The notes beneath the pieces were generated by a model. The model worked only from the letters and a program-made list of their open reading frames with translations, was not told the DNA's origin and made no database searches. Of a DNA stretch of 64,000 nucleotides, positions 57,459 to 64,000 are shown in pieces. Each line of letters opens with the position of its first letter. Positions within the stretch are counted from its first letter, which is position 1. The stretch lies in IMG/VR virus record IMGVR_UViG_3300005326_000001; one strand, 5' to 3'. Made by a program: the position numbers and the translations under genes. Origin of the DNA: an uncultured virus (IMG/VR IMGVR_UViG_3300005326_000001). Its lineage: Duplodnaviria; Heunggongvirae; Uroviricota; Caudoviricetes.

Positions 57459-57970
57459 ATTATTCCTCCATGCTGGTTGATATGCCGTTGTCGTTTAAGT
57501 ACCTTATCAGCATATCCGATCCCGCCTCCATTGTATCTATACAGGGCTTCCGGTATATCCTTTGATGTGGATATATACTGGCTAAGGACATAAGCCCCTG
57601 CCTCAATATTTCTGTCAATGTCGAATATGTCCTCCTCCACTGTAAGTATGCCCGCAGACATAAGTTCTTTTGCCCACCACCTTGGTTGTATCTGGGTAAG
57701 TCCACATGCACCCTCACGGGATACGGCACTGGGTCTGTAGGTAGACTCTGTGTGTATCACCGCCATTAATAGGTCTGGTGATATGTTATATTCACGTGAG
57801 TATTTATATACAGATACGATACACCTATAGGCATCCTCTCTTTTGAGGTGTGGGTATGTTCGCATGATATAGCTGGTGGTTCTGATTATTGGTACCATTT
57901 CACTTTCGATGGTTGAACTGCTTATGAGACAGGAAAACAGGAAACTGCATATATAAATAACCGACCTCAT
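57455..57970 (-). CDS. Soluble lytic transglycosylase (SLT) domain protein
   Basis: AVIHTES.Y...AVS..GA.GL.QI, NIEAGA..L, YNGG. Confidence 0.9.
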   Translation of the reverse strand: MRSVIYICSFLFSCLISSSTIESEMVPIIRTTSYIMRTYPHLKREDAYRCIVSVYKYSREYNISPDLLMAVIHTESTYRPSAVSREGACGLTQIQPRWWAKELMSAGILTVEEDIFDIDRNIEAGAYVLSQYISTSKDIPEALYRYNGGGIGYADKVLKRQRHINQHGGII

Positions 57971-58026
57971 TAAACCTCCCTTGTAAAAGAAAATCCAGAG
58001 AAGGACATTCGCCCCTCTGGCAGTCG

Positions 58027-59043
58027 TTATTTCCCTTTCTTCTCTTTAAGTGTTCCGCCTATCTCAAGAATGTAGCTGTCCTTGAGGTTATCAAGCTCTA
58101 CTTTATTAATGGGTTTAAAGTCATACTTGCGATAAGACGTATCTTTAAGGCAATCCCTGTATACGTCAGGATAGGCAACCTTAAGTCTATCGTTGTCTAC
58201 TCTGGTCTGGTTTATAAGCACATACTTGGATAGACCCATATCCCCCTGTACAAGTTCAGCGTCTCCATAATAAGAAAGTACCCGTGCTTTAAGTTCCTTC
58301 AGGTATTTCTCGCAGTAGTTCCCAATAGCCGAATACTTATGAATCTGTTTTTGCAACTCAGCAAACTTCGCCTTATCCTCTTCCGATAGTTCGGCAACCT
58401 TATCTGGGACTCTTCGTATCCTTGCCAGCGTCTCAATATCCCCACACTGGGTTTCTTTAGGGGGAGTCTTGGTTTCGACACAATCACTCCAGAACCTATG
58501 CCCAGACCTCCAAATCTTATCTATGGTGTCCTCGTCACGCTCAATCATATAAAGTCTTTCCTCGTGGTCGGGCATCAGGACAGCCACAGCACCCCATTCC
58601 CAGCCTGTGCATAGAAGGTCATGCTGAATACGGAGAAAATAACGGGTGGGAATATCCGAAGTCCCGTCTTCGCCCCATTCAACAGCATTATTGCCAAACT
58701 CTGCCCGAATAACTACGGGTTTATCATAGTCTGGGGTTATACAGTAACCATTAAGGGTAGTAGCAAATAGTTCGTCCTCTTGACATATAAAATCCATCTT
58801 ATCCCTGTCGGATATAAGTTCCCCCCCAAGTTTCGCATTTGCAAACTGAAGGATTCCGGGTTGGTACCGTTTCTTTTTCTCGATTGCCTCCACGCCTTTG
58901 GGCGGATCGGTTTTATATACCTTGGTCATGTACACATCTGCCGATGTACGTTTGTGGTCGATACTCTTGCCCTCCCCATCGGTGAACAGGGGGACAATAT
59001 CATAAGGGGTAAGAACTTTAGACCATTCAATACGTTTAGACAT
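58027..59043 (-). CDS. YqaJ/lambda-exonuclease-like protein with degenerate active site
   Basis: IP..Y..RIQH.L..TG......AVL, IERDE..I..I......FW..V; expected DG and ExK motifs replaced. Confidence 0.75.
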   Translation of the reverse strand: MSKRIEWSKVLTPYDIVPLFTDGEGKSIDHKRTSADVYMTKVYKTDPPKGVEAIEKKKRYQPGILQFANAKLGGELISDRDKMDFICQEDELFATTLNGYCITPDYDKPVVIRAEFGNNAVEWGEDGTSDIPTRYFLRIQHDLLCTGWEWGAVAVLMPDHEERLYMIERDEDTIDKIWRSGHRFWSDCVETKTPPKETQCGDIETLARIRRVPDKVAELSEEDKAKFAELQKQIHKYSAIGNYCEKYLKELKARVLSYYGDAELVQGDMGLSKYVLINQTRVDNDRLKVAYPDVYRDCLKDTSYRKYDFKPINKVELDNLKDSYILEIGGTLKEKKGK

Positions 59044-59344
59044 TAGTAGACTCCTTTTCTTTCAGTAAATCCTTTAACTGTTTATTTACATGGTTAAAAT
59101 TCTCTCTCCACGTGTCCCTTGCTACCCGCATGTATGCAAGTTCGCTTTTTAACCTCCCAATTTCTTTTTCACGCTTATTTAATTTGCAAGATTTGGTTCT
59201 ATGCTTTTCTCTTTCAAGTTCTTCGTTTAACCAGATAATCTTCTTCTTGGCGTGAGCTAAATCAGCAACAAGTTTTTCGTATTCGGCACGTTCGAGTTGC
59301 ATAAACTCATTCGTCATCTTCCTCTCCTTCTTCTCCCCAGACAT
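59036..59344 (-). CDS. Coiled-coil hypothetical protein
   Basis: Heptad-rich; coupled ORF. Confidence 0.55.
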   Translation of the reverse strand: MSGEKKERKMTNEFMQLERAEYEKLVADLAHAKKKIIWLNEELEREKHRTKSCKLNKREKEIGRLKSELAYMRVARDTWRENFNHVNKQLKDLLKEKESTNV

Positions 59345-59585
59345 TCTCGCTTACCCAATCAAGCCACGCAAAGAACACTGTCTTGGTATAGCCAGTAGCC
59401 TCGTCTATCATTGATTCGAGGGGGGCGCTTCTAATAACACTCAATAAATCATATCCCGTATCTTCCTTAAATGTATCGGTAAATTTCTTTTCGCCAGAAG
59501 CCCATCTTGCACATGCAAGAAAGGCACCCTGCATAACAGGATTGTCTTCGGTATAGGCTGGTTGTTTCTTCATGCCTTCAATCAT
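59307..59585 (-). CDS. Hypothetical protein
   Basis: Coupled ORF. Confidence 0.6.
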   Translation of the reverse strand: MIEGMKKQPAYTEDNPVMQGAFLACARWASGEKKFTDTFKEDTGYDLLSVIRSAPLESMIDEATGYTKTVFFAWLDWVSENVWGEEGEEDDE

Positions 59586-59908
59586 TCTGACTCCACTATT
59601 CTTATGCGCTCCATAAGACTCTCCATCGACGCAAGTTCCGAATCATCGCAACCATCCCACAGAGAACCGTGCGTAATGCTGTATAGCCCATTGGCAATTA
59701 ATGTATTAATAGGTTTTGCATCCTCTTGTGGCGACAGCAATTCTGTCTTAATGCTCTTGATTGAGCCATCTTTCCCATAGGAGACATTGGTCTTGCGTGG
59801 TTGTAGAAATTTACCAAGAAGCCCGTAATCGTCTTCGGATATGGCTATCTCGAATTTCTTCATTATTCTTTTCCCTCCTTTATGTATCCCATTTCTGTGC
59901 CGAACCAC
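59582..59908 (-). CDS. Hypothetical protein
   Basis: Coupled ORF; likely start MKKFEI. Confidence 0.55.
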   Translation of the reverse strand: MVRHRNGIHKGGKRIMKKFEIAISEDDYGLLGKFLQPRKTNVSYGKDGSIKSIKTELLSPQEDAKPINTLIANGLYSITHGSLWDGCDDSELASMESLMERIRIVESE

Positions 59909-60207
59909 GTAAGGGCAGCGGTTGGCGTACTAACCCCCTTTTCAACCGTATCATAAGCCATATTGAAGTATGTCTTAGCCCTGTTATCTTCCATCCTTAG
60001 CACACTCAGGTTTTTTTCTATTGCCCCCAATGACTGAATGAGCTTTTGTATTTCCTTTGCTAAGTCACTATTACAAGTAGAGAGACTAAGAACCCTGTCC
60101 CTGTCTTCTTGTATACAGGACGGGCATAAAATCATACCCCCGATAATTGTACCATCTGGGACTTCGGTACTAACAGGTTCATCACATTTAGTACAATAAA
60201 GTTTCAT
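59863..60207 (-). CDS. Zinc-ribbon hypothetical protein
   Basis: CTKC...CPSC. Confidence 0.6.
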   Translation of the reverse strand: MKLYCTKCDEPVSTEVPDGTIIGGMILCPSCIQEDRDRVLSLSTCNSDLAKEIQKLIQSLGAIEKNLSVLRMEDNRAKTYFNMAYDTVEKGVSTPTAALTWFGTEMGYIKEGKE

Positions 60208-60210
60208 TAG

Positions 60211-60531
60211 CTATCCTTTCGCATTTATATATGCTTCCAGTAGTTCCAAGATATTCTTTCTCCCCACTGGGTTAGCGGAATGACAATGATACCTAAAGTC
60301 TTTAGGCATCTTGCCTGTTTCGTGGTCGTATTCAATTAACCACTTGGCAAAATCATAACCAGTCTTGACATCACTCCCACCGCCTAAGTCATGGTCAAGG
60401 GAAACCTCCTGCGGAAACCCGTACTTAAAAACAGCGAATACAGCTTCATTGTATGACTTGGCTATTCTCCATTCACCGGAGTCATGATAATGGGATGGAG
60501 GAATACGAATATCATCAAGCCAAAGGTTCAT
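60211..60531 (-). CDS. Cyclic-phosphate-processing receiver-like domain protein
   Basis: LWLDDIR.P, SLDHDLG, TGYDFAKWL, HSANPVG. Confidence 0.85.
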   Translation of the reverse strand: MNLWLDDIRIPPSHYHDSGEWRIAKSYNEAVFAVFKYGFPQEVSLDHDLGGGSDVKTGYDFAKWLIEYDHETGKMPKDFRYHCHSANPVGRKNILELLEAYINAKG

Positions 60532-61510
60532 ATAACTTCCCCCTCTTTTTATATATAGTGACATGGTTATTATATTCGACAAGACAATCAAGACAGTTCT
60601 TCTTGCATATTGGGTCATTATGGGTATTGTGAGTTTCTGCCCATCTTCTACGTGCCTCAATCATGCCGTCTCTTGCCTCCCCTATTGGTTCTCCGCCCTC
60701 CCTCATGTAAATCACGCACGGAAAATGCCAATCCCCAGCAATAGCCATATCATCTCTAACTATATGACACCTGTTGCAATCAATGTCTCCTATGCCTCTG
60801 ACATTAATGCCCCCAAGAAGGTTATTGACCCTGTATCTCAATAAAGGATACTTGGCAAGAATGTCTTTGGGGATGCCATTGAGACCCATAACCCACCCAT
60901 TATATTGTGCCGATGTGATTATCCTTATATCTGCCACGCCCAAGGAGTCGGCAAACTTAATCACGTCAACTGTTGTGTGTAGCGTTTCTGGGGTAAGCAC
61001 AATTCCAACTGTTGTATAGGCCTGTGATGCTACATATTTAATGTTTTCAATTACAGTCTCAAAAATCCCACTTACGCCAGACATCTTATTTGCCCCATCA
61101 GCACAACAGGCATCGAGAGAGATGGAAAAATCATTAACACCAGCACTTATCAGTTCCCTGTATCTGGACTGGGGCAAAGAACCATTAGAGGATATGGCTA
61201 TTCTCTCAATATTGCCACAGCATTCAACAGGTTCATTGATCCAAGGATATAAAAGTGGTTCACCACCAGAAAAACGTACAGCCTTTATCCCATAGTATAC
61301 CCAGTAATCAATAATGTCTTGGGCTTTATTGAAATCTATATGACCACTACAATTCCGACTATACGCTTTCGACCCACGGCAATATGGACACCTGAAGTTG
61401 CATCTGTCTGTTACTATCAATTCACACCTTGCCAGAGGACGCTGATTGTCTGGTAACATAGCCCTGTTCTCTGAAAGCGTGTAGAAACCTATATCATCCA
61501 ACCTAATCAT
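60515..61510 (-). CDS. Radical SAM protein (MoaA/PqqE-like core)
   Basis: CNFRCPYC, FSGGEP, SNG, SISLD, C-terminal Cys cluster; likely start MIRLDDIGFYTL. Confidence 0.9.
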   Translation of the reverse strand: MIRLDDIGFYTLSENRAMLPDNQRPLARCELIVTDRCNFRCPYCRGSKAYSRNCSGHIDFNKAQDIIDYWVYYGIKAVRFSGGEPLLYPWINEPVECCGNIERIAISSNGSLPQSRYRELISAGVNDFSISLDACCADGANKMSGVSGIFETVIENIKYVASQAYTTVGIVLTPETLHTTVDVIKFADSLGVADIRIITSAQYNGWVMGLNGIPKDILAKYPLLRYRVNNLLGGINVRGIGDIDCNRCHIVRDDMAIAGDWHFPCVIYMREGGEPIGEARDGMIEARRRWAETHNTHNDPICKKNCLDCLVEYNNHVTIYKKRGKLYEPLA

Positions 61511-61695
61511 TATGCCAACTCCTCTATTTCTGCGTGGGGAAACTCGCGTCCACAGTGCTCCATATATAGGGCAATCATTGCATCCTCGTAGGTACCATAA
61601 CATGTAGCGTGAGTCTTCTGATAGGTTGTATATGTCTCCCCCTTATCATCTGCCGCCAGATACTTACCCGCTTCAAGCCGTACTATATACATCAT
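61510..61695 (-). CDS. Hypothetical protein
   Basis: GGAGG RBS; coupled ORF. Confidence 0.55.
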   Translation of the reverse strand: MMYIVRLEAGKYLAADDKGETYTTYQKTHATCYGTYEDAMIALYMEHCGREFPHAEIEELA

Positions 61696-61853
61696 ATTGC
61701 CTCCAGTGCCTTGCGACCTGCTCTCGTAATCCCTTGTCTGCCTATTAAACCATTTTTAAACAATAGAGCAAGAACCAATGCTTGATTAGTTAAAACCAAT
61801 TTATTCTCTTGTATGAGTTTCAACATCTTAATGTGTTTCGCTGTCAGTTTCAT
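61692..61853 (-). CDS. Small wHTH-like protein (53 aa, not in ORF track)
   Basis: MKLTAKHIKMLK...GLI....ITRAGRKAL; resembles 63551..63811. Confidence 0.6.
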   Translation of the reverse strand: MKLTAKHIKMLKLIQENKLVLTNQALVLALLFKNGLIGRQGITRAGRKALEAI

Positions 61854-61889
61854 TTAACCCCCTTTGTTATATTGTTTGCTATACCACAT

Positions 61890-61918
61890 AGTATATCACA
61901 TAGTATATCACATGTCAA
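61890..61918 (-). promoter_or_regulatory. Sigma70-type promoter overlapped by a 12-bp tandem repeat
   Basis: TTGACA-N17-TATACT; (CACATAGTATAT)2.4 at 61885-61913. Confidence 0.85.
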
Positions 61919-61937
61919 GCAAAATAAGCATGGATAT

Positions 61938-61966
61938 AAAAATACCCCCGACCGAAATCAGGGGTA
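61938..61966 (-). terminator. Rho-independent terminator
   Basis: TACCCC...GGGGTA hairpin followed by a T tract on the - strand. Confidence 0.65.
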
Positions 61967-61981
61967 ATGTGCTACGCATAA

Positions 61982-61997
61982 TGTTTCACGTGAAACA
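61982..61997. promoter_or_regulatory. parS: parS site 3
   Basis: Exact TGTTTCACGTGAAACA between a stop codon and a terminator. Confidence 0.85.
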
Positions 61998-62001
61998 ATT
62001 A

Positions 62002-62271
62002 TTAGTAGTGTATATGCTTTTGTATTTCTTCGGCACTTTCAACTTGCCAAGAATAAAGATTGGCCAATTTAGCCATTTTACCAGATACTATCTTGGCAAA
62101 CCTCATATTTTCTTCACAAGCCATACGATGCAATACTTCAACCTGTTCGGGCTTAATGGCAATACTGCCACCCCCCAACAGGGAAATCTCTTTGTTTGCC
62201 CATGCGGTCATTTCCCTGTTATGTGCATCTATGAGAGCCTGAATATCTGGGTGAAGCAATGGTGTGAGCAT
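62002..62271 (-). CDS. Hypothetical protein
   Basis: Coupled to the upstream ATPase. Confidence 0.55.
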   Translation of the reverse strand: MLTPLLHPDIQALIDAHNREMTAWANKEISLLGGGSIAIKPEQVEVLHRMACEENMRFAKIVSGKMAKLANLYSWQVESAEEIQKHIHY

Positions 62272-63545
62272 TATTCCTTTATCTCCCCCTCATATATGAA
62301 GATCGTTCCATCCTGCTTGGTGTCAGCTACTTTCTCGACCCATATCTGCACCCTGTTCTCCTTCGCCCAGACCTTAACCTTGTCCATGCTTTCGGAATCG
62401 AACTTGCCCCCGTCTATTCGGAGAATACGGAACTTGGGATTCTGGGATATGATAATCTGCATCCATGCGATCAGCTTCTCCGAAGAGGACAGATCAGAGA
62501 AGGGGATACCCTTAAGGAACAAGGTATCGTCCTCGACCGTGAGACCATCAAGAGAAGCACCCGAAGATTTAAGAATACCCAGTTTATCTTCGGCACACTT
62601 CTTTATTGTATCGGTATAAGCCTGTGATTCCTTTTCCTTCTCTGCCAGTTCTTTTCTCTGTCTTTCGGCATCGGCATAGGCACGGGCACTGGCGTTGGTT
62701 TGTTCGGCACTATTGATACGTTCGGTCACAGAATTGACTTCTGATATGAGCGCCTGTTTTGTTTCTGGGGCAATAAGTGCCTTGCCCTTAGTTAGGCGTT
62801 CATTATCATGCTCAATCTGGTGTTCGCATTCTGCAATCTTCCCCTGTAGGGTTTTGAGTTCGTCCCTCAATCTACCAAGAGAATCTGTCTGTTGTGCTAT
62901 CGACAGTATAAGATTAGCCACTTCCTGTTCATACTTCTCGAAAGTCCTAACCTTGCCTTCAGCCTCAGACCGAACATCCAATAACTCACTCACAGAAACT
63001 TCCTCTACCTTTTCTGCGGGTGCACCCGTAAGTTTACCCTTAAGGGAAGTTATCTCCCTGTTTATAACAGTCCTGTCCTCATATGCCTTCTTGGACTTGG
63101 CATCAAGACTGGCTATCTCCTCTGATTTCCCTGTGAACCTTATAAGGTCGGCTATCCTCTCCTTGTCGGACTTGTCGATAAAGGCATCCGAATCCATAGT
63201 GGTACGGGAATAGAAGGAATCAAGAAGAGACTGGGGTGACTTAAACACAGCGCCCTCTTTATTCTTGACCTCCAAGTATTCCCCCTTCTCTGTGAATTTC
63301 TTGGTAACTATGAGGTCTCCAAGATCAAGAAGTATCTGTCCCTGTATCTGTCCCTCTTTTATGGGTTTCTCTGGGCGTTCGTCTTTACCGCCCATAGCCA
63401 CGAAGATAGACCCGATAAGATTTGACTTGCCATGATGATTCTTGCCCGCAATGGTTATCACGTCCTCCGTGGGAACGATAGTGATGTGGCGGATATTACC
63501 GATGTTCTGGACTTCTAACTTAGCTACACGCAATTCTTCTGGCAT
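62271..63545 (-). CDS. SMC/RecF-like coiled-coil ABC ATPase
   Basis: GKNHHGKS Walker A, long coiled coil, LSSSE signature, ILRIDG Walker B-like. Confidence 0.85.
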   Translation of the reverse strand: MPEELRVAKLEVQNIGNIRHITIVPTEDVITIAGKNHHGKSNLIGSIFVAMGGKDERPEKPIKEGQIQGQILLDLGDLIVTKKFTEKGEYLEVKNKEGAVFKSPQSLLDSFYSRTTMDSDAFIDKSDKERIADLIRFTGKSEEIASLDAKSKKAYEDRTVINREITSLKGKLTGAPAEKVEEVSVSELLDVRSEAEGKVRTFEKYEQEVANLILSIAQQTDSLGRLRDELKTLQGKIAECEHQIEHDNERLTKGKALIAPETKQALISEVNSVTERINSAEQTNASARAYADAERQRKELAEKEKESQAYTDTIKKCAEDKLGILKSSGASLDGLTVEDDTLFLKGIPFSDLSSSEKLIAWMQIIISQNPKFRILRIDGGKFDSESMDKVKVWAKENRVQIWVEKVADTKQDGTIFIYEGEIKE

Positions 63546-63550
63546 TGACC

Positions 63551-63811
63551 CTACTCTCCTTTTGATTGTGATAGAAATTCTCTGCCCGTATCGGTTATCT
63601 TACAAATAATATTATTGTATTGACCAGTTGTTTCAACAAATCCGTGTTTCTTTAATGCCCTCACTGTTGATGCACGTACAGTTTGGTGGTCTGTATGGAA
63701 GAAATAATAATCAGTTGGGTTAAAACTTCCCATATATCCCATATAGAGCAACCATGAATCTGGTTCCGCTAATTTTTTTAGTACCTCAAGTTGTGTCTTG
63801 GATAGTTTCAT
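63551..63811 (-). CDS. wHTH-like hypothetical protein
   Basis: KLSKTQ..VL..L...TV.AL.K.GFV....ITDTGR. Confidence 0.6.
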   Translation of the reverse strand: MKLSKTQLEVLKKLAEPDSWLLYMGYMGSFNPTDYYFFHTDHQTVRASTVRALKKHGFVETTGQYNNIICKITDTGREFLSQSKGE

Positions 63812-64000
63812 TCTCCCGCTACCCTCTTCTCTGATAATCCAGAAGGGTATTCTAATGCGTCTGGATTGTTCATTGCACTGTGAATTTTAAGCCACAACAA
63901 GTCTGGCGATATAGCCCCGAATCTGTCAAACTCCTTGCCGTCCCGAAGTATGATTGTAGTTGGGGCTTCACGTATGCAGAACGCCTGCGCCCAATAGTTC
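63808..64000 (-). CDS. Thioredoxin-like protein, 3' part (truncated by window edge)
   Basis: WAQAFCIREAPTTIILRDGKEFDRF resembles the thioredoxin cis-Pro region. Confidence 0.55.
   Translation of the reverse strand, partial: NYWAQAFCIREAPTTIILRDGKEFDRFGAISPDLLWLKIHSAMNNPDALEYPSGLSEKRVAGE

Noticed and set aside
57788..57803. Near-palindrome ATATTCACGTGAGTAT as a fourth parS
   Set aside because: Only the TCACGTGA core matches, and it lies inside the SLT gene
61864..62619. 251-aa + strand ORF
   Set aside because: Antisense to coherent - strand genes and crosses a promoter, a terminator and parS
1..64000. Diversity-generating retroelement, integrase/att site or genome-wide stop-codon reassignment
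   Set aside because: No RT or recombinase motifs seen; all three stop codons end genes normally under the standard code

Overview
This window is most of the genome of a tailed dsDNA phage with a short, podovirus-type tail. The + strand (1-42.5 kb) carries replication (initiator, DnaB), a cytosine methyltransferase, lysis genes, TerL, portal, scaffold, capsid, three paralogous adaptor/tail-ring genes, a nozzle, ejection proteins (including a 2688-aa polyvalent protein) and a tailspike-like esterase. The - strand (42.5-64 kb) carries early, recombination and accessory genes, interrupted by a + strand nucleotide-metabolism island (46.1-51.3 kb). I saw no integrase, ParA, reverse transcriptase, CRISPR array or intact tRNA. 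Most notable: (1) three perfect chromosomal-type parS palindromes (TGTTTCACGTGAAACA) with identical flanks, all intergenic; (2) a 1312-aa tailspike-like protein with a Sec-type signal peptide and about 29 D-(S/T)-(A/I/L/V/M/T) motifs, the Bacteroidetes O-glycosylation sequon, also enriched in two other exported phage proteins; (3) a C5 methyltransferase apparently split over two overlapping frames; (4) an uncalled mini NrdD-like glycyl-radical gene frameshifted at its motif. All family assignments are by-eye motif recognition; no database searches were run.
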